A stretch of DNA of 64,000 nt from Spirochaetia bacterium (lineage in GTDB: Bacteria > Spirochaetota > Spirochaetia > SZUA-6 > Bin103). A model generated the notes under the pieces. That model was given only the letters and a program-made list of their open reading frames with translations. It did no database searches and was not told the DNA's origin. The stretch is from NCBI GenBank assembly GCA_965198005.1, contig CBDAOI010000002.1, positions 320,001-384,000 on the forward strand. The letters run 5' to 3'. Shown one piece after another: positions 10,723-20,511 of the stretch. The number at the start of each line of letters is the position of its first letter. The first letter of the stretch is position 1. A program made the position numbers and the translations under genes.

Positions 10723-10766
10723 CCACATTTGCGTAGCACGCGGCCTGAGTTCCTACGCTGAGGTAG
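10723..10766. promoter_or_regulatory. Paired upstream activator sites CCAC-N6-GTAG / CTAC-N6-GTAG for amtB
   Basis: Sites at 10723-10736 and 10753-10766, 30 bp apart, about 65-110 bp upstream of the -24 element. Confidence 0.65.
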
Positions 10767-10831
10767 GCCCGCGGGCCGCGGCGGGCGCCGCTCGCCGCCC
10801 CTCCTGCCCGATCCTGATGCTCGGCTGCGTT

Positions 10832-10847
10832 TGGCACGCATCTTGCT
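10832..10847 (+). promoter_or_regulatory. Sigma54 -24/-12 promoter of amtB-glnK
   Basis: TGGCACG-CATC-TTGCT matches the consensus. Confidence 0.9.
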
Positions 10848-10889
10848 TTGGTACGGGCAACCAACCTCATTCCAAGGAGAGGCTGAACG

Positions 10890-12227
10890 ATGCGAAGATT
10901 TCTCATTATCGCTGCGGCGCTGCTGGTATTCGGCGCCGTGCATGGATTCGCGGACGCCGATTCCAACGCCGTGGCCATCGATACGGTATGGACGATCATG
11001 GCCGCGGTGCTGGTATTTCTGATGCAGGCCGGCTTCGCGATGCTGGAGACCGGATTCACGCGCGCCAAGAACGCGACCAACATCATGATGAAGAATCTGC
11101 TGGACTTCTCGATCGGGACGCTCGCGTTCTGGGCGATCGGTTTCGGGATCATGTTCGGAGCCGACGCCGCGGGCCTGCTCGGGACCGACAAGTTCTTCCT
11201 GGGCGGGGCCGTGGTGGACGAGGCGTTCTCCGACTTCACGTTCTGGATCTTCCAGGTGATGTTCGCCGCCACTGCCGCCACCATCGTCTCGGGAGCGGTA
11301 GCGGAACGTACGCAGTTCAAGGCGTATCTGGTCTACTCGGTATTCGTCAGCGCGCTCATCTACCCGGTGGTCGGCCACTGGATCTGGGGCGGCGGCTGGC
11401 TCGGTTCGCTGGGCATGATCGACTTCGCCGGATCCACCGTAGTCCACTCCGTGGGCGGCTGGGCCGGTCTGGCGGGCGCGATCGTCCTGGGTGCGCGCGA
11501 AGGCAAGTACGTCCGCACCGGCAACGGCAGCAGCCAGGGCAGGCCGGTGGTAAACGCGATCCAGGGGCACAACATGCCGCTGGCCGCGCTCGGCGTGTTT
11601 CTCCTGTGGTTCGGGTGGTTCGGGTTCAACGCCGGCAGCACGGTGGCGGGCACCGACCTGTCGATCGCGGCAATCGCCGTAACCACCAACCTGGCGGCCG
11701 CGGCCGGCGTGGTGGGCGCGCTGATGATGGCCTGGATGATCTCCGGCAAGCCCGACCCGACGTTCGCGCTCAACGGCGCCATTGGCGGTCTGGTGGCGAT
11801 TACCGCGGGCTGCGCCAACCTGTCACCGGGCAGTGCGGTGGTGGTCGGCTTTCTCGGCGGCGTGCTGGTGGTGTTGTCGGTGCAATTCATCGACCGCGTG
11901 CTCCACGTCGACGATCCCGTGGGAGCGGTCTCCGCGCACGGCGTGGTCGGCGCCTGGGGCACGATTGCGGTGGGTCTGTTCGCGCAGGAGCAGTACGGCG
12001 GCACCAACGGTCTGTTCTTCGGCGGCGGCTTCGGCCAGCTCGGGATTCAGATCGTAGGCGTCCTGGCGGTATTCGCGTGGACCTTCGCTACCGCACTGAT
12101 TCTGTTCAAGTTGATCAAGGCCACCGTCGGTCTGCGCGTGACCCGCGAGGGGGAACTGCGTGGACTCGACATCGGCGAGCACGGCACGGAGGCGTACACC
12201 GACTTTCAGGTGTACACTACCCGTTAA
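10890..12227 (+). CDS. amtB: Ammonium transporter
   Basis: [62 protein letters not shown]. Confidence 0.97.
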   Translation: MRRFLIIAAALLVFGAVHGFADADSNAVAIDTVWTIMAAVLVFLMQAGFAMLETGFTRAKNATNIMMKNLLDFSIGTLAFWAIGFGIMFGADAAGLLGTDKFFLGGAVVDEAFSDFTFWIFQVMFAATAATIVSGAVAERTQFKAYLVYSVFVSALIYPVVGHWIWGGGWLGSLGMIDFAGSTVVHSVGGWAGLAGAIVLGAREGKYVRTGNGSSQGRPVVNAIQGHNMPLAALGVFLLWFGWFGFNAGSTVAGTDLSIAAIAVTTNLAAAAGVVGALMMAWMISGKPDPTFALNGAIGGLVAITAGCANLSPGSAVVVGFLGGVLVVLSVQFIDRVLHVDDPVGAVSAHGVVGAWGTIAVGLFAQEQYGGTNGLFFGGGFGQLGIQIVGVLAVFAWTFATALILFKLIKATVGLRVTREGELRGLDIGEHGTEAYTDFQVYTTR

Positions 12228-12255
12228 CGCCGCAACCGGCAGACAGGAGGTCGGC

Positions 12256-12597
12256 ATGAAACTGATTATCGCCTACGTTCAGCCGCACAAGCTGAACGAC
12301 GTCAAGCAGGAGCTGTTCAAGGAGCAGGTGGGCAAGATGTCGGTCACCAATGCCTTGGGCTGCGGGCAGCAGATGGGCTACACCGAAACCTACCGGGGAG
12401 TCCAGATCGAGGTCAACCTGTTGAAGAAGGTTCGCCTCGAGATTGCGGTCAACGACGAATTCCTGGAACGTACGATCGATGCGATCGTGCGCGGCGCCCG
12501 CACCGGCGAGATCGGCGACGGCAAAATCTTCGTGACGGAGCTGAGCCAGTGTATCCGCATTCGCTCGGGCGAAGTGGGTGCCGTAGCAATTGGATAG
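12256..12597 (+). CDS. glnK: PII nitrogen regulatory protein
   Basis: T-loop [33 protein letters not shown]; located downstream of amtB. Confidence 0.95.
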   Translation: MKLIIAYVQPHKLNDVKQELFKEQVGKMSVTNALGCGQQMGYTETYRGVQIEVNLLKKVRLEIAVNDEFLERTIDAIVRGARTGEIGDGKIFVTELSQCIRIRSGEVGAVAIG

Positions 12598-12646
12598 CGC
12601 CCCAAGACCGCCGCCCGGGGCGCCGCTCTTGGCCCATCCCGTCCGA

Positions 12647-12767
12647 TCACTAGGAGTCTGTCGCAATCCGACAGACTCCTAGTGAGACGGCCTGACCTTA
12701 TTGACCGGAGCGCGGTCAGGCCGTCAGGGGAGGGGGGCCGGCGTCCACCTGTGGGCGCCGGCCCCCC
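12647..12767. terminator. Three consecutive hairpins between convergent glnK and glnE (candidate bidirectional terminator / IS scar)
   Basis: Perfect 17-bp stem 12647-12663/12669-12685; 12-bp stem 12686-12697/12714-12725; 17-bp stem with one G-U at 12732-12748/12751-12767. Confidence 0.65.
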
Positions 12768-12778
12768 GAACCGCTCGA

Positions 12779-15700
12779 TCAATCCGATCCTGCCACCCGG
12801 CAATAGGCGGCGTGCACCCGGGTCGTGACCTCCGCGACCCGTTGCTCGAACGCGGGCACGGTCGCGCCGGTACCCAGCAGGTGGCGCGCCAGGGTGGTCA
12901 GCGCCGTCCGGGAGGTGGGCAGCGCGTGTACCTGACGATCCTCCAGCACCTGCAGGAAATGTTCCAGCCGCCGCAGGAACAGGTAGTCGTCGCGCAGGTG
13001 CCCGGCGGTTGCGGTGTCGAGCACCGCGGCCCGCTGCAGACGCCCCAGAGCCTCCAGGGTGTTGCCGCACTGCAGGTGCGGAATCCGCGGCAGGTGCACC
13101 AGTTGCAACCCCTGCACCAGGAATTCGATCTCACGTAGACCACCGATCCCGGACTTCACGTCACGCCCCTGGCCGAGCCGGGCCTTATGGGCGAGGGCCA
13201 GCGCCCGCATCCGGCGGATGGAGCCGAACACCCGCGCGGCGCGGCTCGCGGGGTCGTCTCCGAAGCGCGCGAAGGCAGCCTGCGTCTGCTCCAGCAGCGC
13301 GTTGCCGAGGGCACGGTTGCCACCCACCGGGCGCATCCTCAGCAATGCCTGCACCTCCCAGTCGTTGGCCGGTCCGCCGTAGTAGGCGACCAGTGCGCGC
13401 AACGAATGGGCCAGCTCGCCGGAGCTGCCGTAGGGGCGCAGCCGCCAGTCCACCCGATACGCGGCGCTCTCCTCGGGATGGGAGGAGAGCACCTCACGCA
13501 AGCCGCGGGCGAGCGCGGAGACGGCCTGACTCAACTCCGCACCGGCCGCGGCGCCCAGGCCCCGGTCGTCGTACAGCGCGACCAGATCGATGTCCGAGCT
13601 GTAGTTGAGCTCCTCCGCCCCCAGCTTGCCCAGCGCCAGAATGCAGGTACGCTCGCCCAGCGCCGGCTGCTCCGGCTGCCGCGTCAGGGCGGTGAGCGCG
13701 GCGTCGACGAACGCCTCCGCGACGGTGGAGAGATCGGCCATGACGTCGGTCACCGGCGCCTCGAGGCAGAAGTCGCGGATGGCGATGCGCAGAATCTCGC
13801 GCCGGCGCAGGGCGCGCAGCCGCCGCAGCCAGGCAGTGCGGTCCGGCGCGCCGCCGGCCGCGGCCTCCAGCTCCAGCGCCACGTCCTGCAGCCGGCGGCG
13901 GCCGTGCAGCCGCTCCGGCTCCTCGGTAACCCAGTCGAACAGCTCGGGGCCGCGCACCAGGGCGTCGGCCAGAAACTGGCTGGTGGCGAAGATTCGCAGC
14001 AGCAGCTCCAGCCGCGTGGGTTGGCGCAACAAGGTCCGGAAGTGGCGCCCGGGATCGTCCAGAGCCGCGGCGAACCGTTCCCAGTTGTTGAGCGCGCGAT
14101 CCGGATCCGGTTGCAGGGCCAGGGTGTCGCCCGCCAGCACCGCCAGCCGCGCGAACTCCGTGCGATCCGGGGCACGGCGCGCCAGCCGGATGACGTTGCC
14201 CGCCGCCCGCTCCGGCTGCGCGAACCCGAGCCGGCGCAGAACGGTGGCCGGGGCGGCATCCGCGGCGGCGCGGGCGGTGTCCGCTGGCGGCAGGCTCAGC
14301 ACCAGGTCGGCGAGACCGGTGATCGTGTCGGAGCCGAGCGAGCCGCGCCCGAGGCGGGTGTCGATGAAGCGCCGCACCGCCGCGCGGCGGGTTTCCAGCT
14401 CCAGGCGGAGCTGCTGCGCCGGGGCCAGACCGTCCGCCTCGCGGTAGCCCATGCGGCGCGCCAGATGGCCGTACTCGGGAGCGTGCGCCGGCGGCAGGTA
14501 CAGGTCACGGGCCGAGCCGCGCAGCATGCGCAGGGCGTTGATCAGCAGGCGGAAAAACCCGTACGCGCCCTGGATCTGCTCCGCCTCCTCGGCCGCCAGC
14601 AGCCCGGCCTGCGCCAGCCCATCCAGCGCCTGATGGACGCTGGAGCTGCGCAGTTCCCGGTTGGTCTCGCCATAGCGCACCTGCAGCATCTGGACCGCGT
14701 ACTCCACGTCCACCAGCGTGCCGGGGCTGAACTTGGCGTTGAGCCTGGTGGCGGCGTCGTACTCGGCCACCTGCCGGCGGCGCATCCGGTGCACCTGTTC
14801 CAGGGCGACCGCGCCGGCCGCGTACACGAATTGGTCGCGCAGCCGCTCCAGCCGCGCGCCCAGCGCGGGGTCGCCGGCCACGGCGCGCAGCCGCAGCAGC
14901 GCCAGCCGCTCGTACGCCAGCGCGGCGCCGCCGGGGCCGTAGTAACGGGTGAAGCTTTCCAGACTTACGGCGCGGGGTCCGGCGGCGCCGTACGGGCGCA
15001 GGCGCAGGTCCACCTCGAAGATGCCGGCCCGGCGGGCGCTGATGCGCGCGGTGGTGGCGCGCACCAGTTGCTCGTAGTACTCGGCGTTGCCGACCCGGCG
15101 CGGGCCGGTGGTGCGGCCCTGGTCGCTGTACACGAACATCAGCTCGACGTCGGAGGCGTAGCCGAGCGCGCGTCCCCCCATCTTGCCCAGCCCCATCACG
15201 GCCAGCCGCGTATCGATGCCGCCGACCGTTTGCGGTACACCGAACTGCGGCCGCAGGGCCGCCGCCGCCAGCTCCAGCGCACCGGCCAGCACGCAGTCGG
15301 CAAGCTCGGTCAGGCGGCCGGCGAGCGTCCGCACGCCCCAACCCGGCCCGAGAATGTGCTCCAGATCGATCAGAAACGCCTCGCGATCCTTGAACCGGTT
15401 CAGCGTCGCCACCTTCTCGTCGGCCGTGGCCGCCGCGTCCACCGCCGCCCGCAGGCGCGCCGCGACCGTGGCCGGATCGGTGAACCGGTGGGTCGCCTGC
15501 GGTTCCAGCAGCGGCAGCAGGGTCTCGAACTGGCTGCGGACGAAGTCCTCCCACAGGTAGTCGCTGCTGCCCAGCAGCACCGCCAGCTCGCGCATGATGC
15601 GCGGGTCGGCCAGCAGATCCGGCAGCCGGCCCGCCTCCGGCAACTCGAGCATCCGCTCGGTGAGCTGTTCGAAGCGCATCAAGGCGGCGTACGGGTCGGG

Positions 15701-16651
15701 GGCGACGCCGACGAAGTAGGCGAACTGCTTGGTGAGCAGCACCGAGAGCTTGATCTGGTTCAGCAGCGTAGCGTCGCGGATCGGCGCGCCGGAGCGATCG
15801 ACCACGTCCACGGTATCCTCGACGCGGCCGGCGACGGTGCGGATCCGCAGCCGTTGAATCGCGACCCCGCGCAGCGCGAGCGCGGCGCTGAAGCTGTAGA
15901 GGAACAGCGGCGTGTCCTGGGAGACGATGCGCATGCGGGTCACCGCCCCGCCGGCGGTCACCGCCGCGGGGTTGCCGATCGTGATTTCAACCGGGTACAG
16001 AGTCGGCGGCGCCGACCAGGTGCGGCGAATCCGCTCCGCCACCAGTTCGCTGACCCGCCGGCGGGCCGCGTCCCGGGCCCCGCGCTCCAGATCGGAAGCG
16101 ACCGCCAGCAGCCGTTGCTCCAGTTGTTGCCGCCACTCGGCCGTGCTCAGCACCCGCGCCTCCGGCGTCTCGCGCCGCCCGTGGAAACAGTCGATCAGCA
16201 TGCGGCGCCCTGCGCCCGGCCGCGGCCCCACGACACGGCGCCGCGCACCCGGACGCCGGCGCGCGCGCATCCCGCTCGGTGCGGTCTCGGTGGCGGGCGC
16301 CGGCCCGTAGGTGTGGGCGGTCCCGCGGTCGATGGCGAACCCGGCCGCCGCCAGCACCCCCGTAATCAGCGAGAAGGCGCCGGGGTAGTCGTAGCCGACA
16401 ATCGTGCAACCGAGCGTCCCGGCTTCGCCGCCGGTCTCGGCGACGGCAACCGCCAGCGGCCGGCGCTCATGCAGCCGGCTCAGCCCGCGGATGTGTCCGG
16501 CCACCTCCGGCAGCGAAAACTCGTCGAAGTAATCGTCGCCGAGACGTGCCAGATGCCGATCGATGAAGTACTCGTCGACTCCGGCCAACTCGTTGCGGAG
16601 TTGCTCCCTGTCTCGCGCCGACGCAGTCACCGGTCCCGATGCTACCACCAC
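12779..16651 (-). CDS. glnE: Glutamine synthetase adenylyltransferase/adenylyl-removing enzyme with N-terminal ACT-like domains
   Basis: Two NT domains (GLGKMGGRALGYASDVEL; ALGKLGAEELNYSSDIDL), VDLRLRPYG and VDWRLRPYG, DVKSGIGGLREIEF. Start uncertain (GTG 16651 or 16630). Confidence 0.9.
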   Translation of the reverse strand: MVVASGPVTASARDREQLRNELAGVDEYFIDRHLARLGDDYFDEFSLPEVAGHIRGLSRLHERRPLAVAVAETGGEAGTLGCTIVGYDYPGAFSLITGVLAAAGFAIDRGTAHTYGPAPATETAPSGMRARRRPGARRRVVGPRPGAGRRMLIDCFHGRRETPEARVLSTAEWRQQLEQRLLAVASDLERGARDAARRRVSELVAERIRRTWSAPPTLYPVEITIGNPAAVTAGGAVTRMRIVSQDTPLFLYSFSAALALRGVAIQRLRIRTVAGRVEDTVDVVDRSGAPIRDATLLNQIKLSVLLTKQFAYFVGVAPDPYAALMRFEQLTERMLELPEAGRLPDLLADPRIMRELAVLLGSSDYLWEDFVRSQFETLLPLLEPQATHRFTDPATVAARLRAAVDAAATADEKVATLNRFKDREAFLIDLEHILGPGWGVRTLAGRLTELADCVLAGALELAAAALRPQFGVPQTVGGIDTRLAVMGLGKMGGRALGYASDVELMFVYSDQGRTTGPRRVGNAEYYEQLVRATTARISARRAGIFEVDLRLRPYGAAGPRAVSLESFTRYYGPGGAALAYERLALLRLRAVAGDPALGARLERLRDQFVYAAGAVALEQVHRMRRRQVAEYDAATRLNAKFSPGTLVDVEYAVQMLQVRYGETNRELRSSSVHQALDGLAQAGLLAAEEAEQIQGAYGFFRLLINALRMLRGSARDLYLPPAHAPEYGHLARRMGYREADGLAPAQQLRLELETRRAAVRRFIDTRLGRGSLGSDTITGLADLVLSLPPADTARAAADAAPATVLRRLGFAQPERAAGNVIRLARRAPDRTEFARLAVLAGDTLALQPDPDRALNNWERFAAALDDPGRHFRTLLRQPTRLELLLRIFATSQFLADALVRGPELFDWVTEEPERLHGRRRLQDVALELEAAAGGAPDRTAWLRRLRALRRREILRIAIRDFCLEAPVTDVMADLSTVAEAFVDAALTALTRQPEQPALGERTCILALGKLGAEELNYSSDIDLVALYDDRGLGAAAGAELSQAVSALARGLREVLSSHPEESAAYRVDWRLRPYGSSGELAHSLRALVAYYGGPANDWEVQALLRMRPVGGNRALGNALLEQTQAAFARFGDDPASRAARVFGSIRRMRALALAHKARLGQGRDVKSGIGGLREIEFLVQGLQLVHLPRIPHLQCGNTLEALGRLQRAAVLDTATAGHLRDDYLFLRRLEHFLQVLEDRQVHALPTSRTALTTLARHLLGTGATVPAFEQRVAEVTTRVHAAYCRVAGSD

Positions 16652-16683
16652 ATCGGGGCCGGTGTATCGCCAGGGCGCGCGCG

Positions 16684-18105
16684 TCAGATGTCGTAGTACA
16701 TCGCGAATTCCCACGGATGCGGCCGCAGGTCCAACGCGGTTACCTCGTTCTCCATCTTGTAATCGATCCAGGTCTCCAGCACGTCCTCGGTGAACACGTC
16801 GCCCTTGAGCAGGAACTCGTGGTCGTCGCGCAGCGCCTCGAGCGCCTCGCGCAGCGAGCCGGGCGTGGTGTTGACCTTGGCCAACTCCTCGGGCGGCAGG
16901 TCGTAGAGGTCGCGGTCGAGTGGGTCGCCGGGGTGGATCTTGTTGGTGATGCCGTCGATCGCGGCCATCAGCATCGCCGCGAACCCGAGATAGGGGTTGG
17001 AGGAGGCATCCGGGCAGCGGAACTCGATGCGCTTCGCCTTGGGGGAGGTGGAGTACATGGGCAGCCGTATCGCCGCGCTGCGGTTGCGGCGCGAGTAGGC
17101 CAGATTCACCGGCGCCTCGAAGCCCGGCACCAGCCGCTTGAAGCTGTTGGTGGTCGGGTTGGTGAAGGCGATGATCGCCGCCGCGTGGGCCAGCAGGCCG
17201 CCGATGGCGTACAACGCCATCTCCGACATCCCGGCGTAGCCGTCGCCGGCGAACAGGTTGCTGCCGTCCTTCCACAGCGAGATGTGGGTGTGCATGCCGC
17301 TGCCGTTGTCCCCGAACAACGGCTTGGGCATGAAGGTGGCGGTCTTGTTGTAGCGCCGGGCGGTGTTCTTGACCACGTACTTGTACTTGAGCATGTTGTC
17401 GGCCATGGTCACCAGGGGCGCGAACCGCATGTCGATCTCACCCTGGCCGGCGGTGGCCACCTCGTGGTGCTGCGCCTCGATCAGGACCCCGATGCTCTCC
17501 AGCGTCAGCATCATCTCGCTGCGCAGATCCTGCAGGCTGTCGGTGGGCGGTACCGGGAAGTAGCCCTCCTTGTAGCGCGGCTTGTAGCCGAGGTTGGGGT
17601 TCTCGTCGCGGCCCGAGTTCCAGCGCCCCTCTTCCGAGTCGATGTGGTAGTAGCCTTCGTGCTCGTTCTGGTCGAAGCGCACGTCGTCGAACACGAAGAA
17701 CTCCGCCTCCGGCCCGTAGTAGGCCACGTCCGCCAAGCCCGACGAGCGCAGGTAGCCCTCCGCCTTGCGCGCGATGTTGCGCGGATCGCGGGTATAGTCC
17801 TCGCCGGTCACCGGATCGGAGATGTTGCAGATCAGGACGATCGTCTTGCGCGCCAGAAACGGATCGATGAAGCCGGTCTCGGGCACCGGCTTGACCAGCA
17901 TGTCCGATTCGTTGATCGACTGCCAGCCGCGGATGCTGGAGCCGTCGAAGCCCAGGCCGGCGGCGAAGTCGTCCTCCGACAGCTCGCGCGCCGGGATCGA
18001 GAAGTGCTGCCACAAGCCGGGAAAGTCCATGAAGCGCAGGTCAACGACCTCCACTCCCTCGTCGGCGATCAGCTTGAGCACGTCGCCAGGGGTTTTCAGT
18101 GTCAC
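16684..18105 (-). CDS. glnA: Glutamine synthetase type I
   Basis: [33 protein letters not shown], adenylylation motif DLYDLP; GTG start with SD GAGGAGG. Confidence 0.98.
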   Translation of the reverse strand: MTLKTPGDVLKLIADEGVEVVDLRFMDFPGLWQHFSIPARELSEDDFAAGLGFDGSSIRGWQSINESDMLVKPVPETGFIDPFLARKTIVLICNISDPVTGEDYTRDPRNIARKAEGYLRSSGLADVAYYGPEAEFFVFDDVRFDQNEHEGYYHIDSEEGRWNSGRDENPNLGYKPRYKEGYFPVPPTDSLQDLRSEMMLTLESIGVLIEAQHHEVATAGQGEIDMRFAPLVTMADNMLKYKYVVKNTARRYNKTATFMPKPLFGDNGSGMHTHISLWKDGSNLFAGDGYAGMSEMALYAIGGLLAHAAAIIAFTNPTTNSFKRLVPGFEAPVNLAYSRRNRSAAIRLPMYSTSPKAKRIEFRCPDASSNPYLGFAAMLMAAIDGITNKIHPGDPLDRDLYDLPPEELAKVNTTPGSLREALEALRDDHEFLLKGDVFTEDVLETWIDYKMENEVTALDLRPHPWEFAMYYDI

Positions 18106-18146
18106 GGGTTCCTCCTCATGAATAGCTATCGTGTCACGGTTGCGAA

Positions 18147-18162
18147 AGCAAGAACCGTGCCA
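18147..18162 (-). promoter_or_regulatory. Sigma54 -24/-12 promoter of glnA(-glnE)
   Basis: Minus strand reads TGGCACG-GTTC-TTGCT. Confidence 0.9.
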
Positions 18163-18205
18163 TATCCAAAGCTGGCGCTCCGGCGGCAGCAACGGCGGCA
18201 GAGTA

Positions 18206-18250
18206 CCACATTTTCGTAGGCTCGTGCCGATCCATCCTACCTGACGGTCT
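18206..18250. promoter_or_regulatory. Paired upstream activator sites for glnA
   Basis: CCAC-ATTTTC-GTAG (18206-18219) and a weaker CTAC-CTGACG-GTCT (18237-18250), 31 bp apart. Confidence 0.6.
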
Positions 18251-18287
18251 GTTGCTCATGCGCCCCGGCACGTGTTATACCGTGGGC

Positions 18288-18713
18288 GTGGCGAACCTAT
18301 CAAGGACCCTTGCGTTAATCAAAGCCGATGCCTTCGGACGCAACCTGACCGGCAAGATCATCGACGCGGCGCTCGACGCCGGACTGGCGATCGTGGCCCT
18401 CAAGAGCGTCAACCTCAACCGCGCCCAGTCCGAGACGTTCTACGCGGTGCACCGCGCCCGCCCCTTTTTCGCCGACCTGGTGACCTTCATGACCTCCGGC
18501 CCCACCGTGGCCCTGGTGCTCGAGGGCCCGGACGCGGTTGCCACTTGGCGTCGCGCCATGGGCGCCACCGACCCGGCCGAGGCGGACGCCGCCACGATCC
18601 GCCGCCGGTTCGGCGAATCGATCGAGCGCAACTGCTGCCACGGCTCCGACTCCGACGCCAACGCCGCCTTCGAGATCGGCTGCTTCTTCAGCGGCGAGGA
18701 GCTGCTGCGCTGA
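18288..18713 (+). CDS. ndk: Nucleoside diphosphate kinase
   Basis: RTLALIKAD, FYAVHRARPFF, GATDP, RN..HGSDS. Confidence 0.96.
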   Translation: MANLSRTLALIKADAFGRNLTGKIIDAALDAGLAIVALKSVNLNRAQSETFYAVHRARPFFADLVTFMTSGPTVALVLEGPDAVATWRRAMGATDPAEADAATIRRRFGESIERNCCHGSDSDANAAFEIGCFFSGEELLR

Positions 18714-18798
18714 CCCGTAGCCCACGCTCGGCCCCGGATGAACGCACCTGTCCTTGCCTTGCCAGACGGGAAAACGGTTTGGATGGAGATGACGACCA

Positions 18799-19886
18799 AT
18801 GTTCCATGTAGATAGATCCGCGAAACGCATGATCAAGCTTCAGACGAGACGCTTTTCCGATCTCGGTCTACGGGAGCGTGTCGACCTTCAGGAGTGGCTC
18901 GAGGGTACGCCCGAGGCACTCGGCGAAGATCTCTTGATCATCCAAAAGGAATTCGACGGCTTTGCCGACACGCGTGAACGACTCGACCTGTTGGCGCTCG
19001 ACAAAGCCGGGAAGCTCGTGTCATCGAACAAACTCGACGACACCGGCCGCGATGTGGTTTGGCAAGCGATCAAATACGCCGCCTACTGCTCCAACCTGAA
19101 TAAGACCGAGATCGTCCGGTACCTTGACCGCAAGCACGTCGGCGAGAATGCCGAGACAAAGATCAGAATTCCTCGATGAGGATACACTCGACGAGATCGT
19201 TCTCAACGCGAGCAACGATCAACGAATAATGCTCATCGCCGGACTTTCGCAAGGAAGCGACGGCGAACGTACAGTGCTTCCGTGTTGTCCCCTACTGTTT
19301 CTGTGAAGAGATTCTCGTTGACCTTCGGCAGATTATCCCCACCCCGGAAGCCGAAGACTTCATGATCAGCATGGCGACCAAGGGGGCCGAGGAAAAGTCT
19401 ACGGAAGACGCTCAACGCCGAAGCCACAAGCTACGCTTGGCGTTCTGGGAGCAGGCGTTGGAGGCACTGCGTGCACGCGGCCTCCCGAAATATCAGAACA
19501 TAAGCCCCTCGAGGGAACACTGGCTGAACTGCGGCACCGGCGTGTCTGGTTGTTACTACGCTCTGATTGTTCTGAAGCAAGAAGCACGCGTCGAATTGAC
19601 TCTGCAACGGGCCAACACGAAAGAAAACAAGTGGCTATTCGATAAGCTGGAAGAAAAACAGGAAGCGCTTGAGAGCGACTTTGGGGAAGCCCTGGAGTGG
19701 AAACGCATGCCAGACAAGAAGTCGAGCAAGATCCAACTAGCGCGGCTATGCGACGGCTACGATAGGGACGAATGGCCCGCGATTATTGAGTGGTTGGGAG
19801 ATCGCGTCAGTCGGCTCGCAAAGACATTCGATGAACATCTTGAACGCTTGAAGCGGGAGTTGAAGGCGACTACGGGGGCTTCGTAG
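18799..19886 (+). pseudogene. DUF4268-domain / NucS-like PD-(D/E)XK nuclease, multiply frameshifted
   Basis: ER.DLQEW...RLDLLALD...NKLDD...WQAIKYAAYCS continues in other frames (EFLDE..LNASNDQRIML; QIIPTPEAEDFMIS) into the DUF4268 C-terminus. The catalytic IIENK appears damaged. Confidence 0.78.
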
Positions 19887-20511
19887 GGTGCCGCGGAAAC
19901 CAACGGCGCAGCGTGTTCTTGAATTCATTGAAGGCCGGATCCTGGCAGCGGTCAAAGTCAACGGCTTTCGCGAGTTCCGAGAACATGCGAGCGGATCGTT
20001 GGACACGTCCGCGCCGCAGCGCTTCCAACATCGCCTTCTTCGGTCGTGTCGGTTTCGCGTCACTCGACGGCCATAATCCCTCGATTGCCAGCCATCGTCG
20101 CAATTCACGGTAGCGCCCGCCCCAACCCAATACCTGCGGGACTGCTGGGGAGTCGCTCCACACCCACAATTCAAGTTCGGGTTCGATTACGATGACGCTC
20201 GCACGGGTCCCCCATCCGTTGCGTGCGAGCCGTTGCTCCAGATCCCGCTGGATGTGTGCTCTGGGAAGCGTGCTCCCACAACCATGATGATCGAATATGA
20301 CCATCACGTATCGATACTTCCCGAGATACGGCCTCAGATACTCCACCGCGTCACTGCGGCAACCGCTGTCTCGGTTCACGTGTCGCTCAATATCAGATTC
20401 TATCTCGCTGATACCAAGATCCTGCGCACGTGACAGCAATCCGTCAACGGCGTTCGCCAACTCCAAGTCGGCGGCCAGTATGAAAAGATCCTTGGGGCTC
20501 GTGTTGATCAT
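19870..20511 (-). CDS. MAD4-like (DUF4276/TOPRIM-like) defence protein
   Basis: KDLFILAAD...LLSR..LGI, DSGC, IFDHHGCG, IVIEPELELWVW, DFDRCQDPAF; ATGA overlap with the upstream ATPase. Confidence 0.72.
   Translation of the reverse strand: MINTSPKDLFILAADLELANAVDGLLSRAQDLGISEIESDIERHVNRDSGCRSDAVEYLRPYLGKYRYVMVIFDHHGCGSTLPRAHIQRDLEQRLARNGWGTRASVIVIEPELELWVWSDSPAVPQVLGWGGRYRELRRWLAIEGLWPSSDAKPTRPKKAMLEALRRGRVQRSARMFSELAKAVDFDRCQDPAFNEFKNTLRRWFPRHPTKPP

Noticed and set aside
13187-16696. 1169-aa plus-strand ORF, and similar long antisense ORFs such as 48261-51644
   Set aside because: Shadow ORFs opposite glnE and dnaE2 caused by high-GC codon bias; no motifs.
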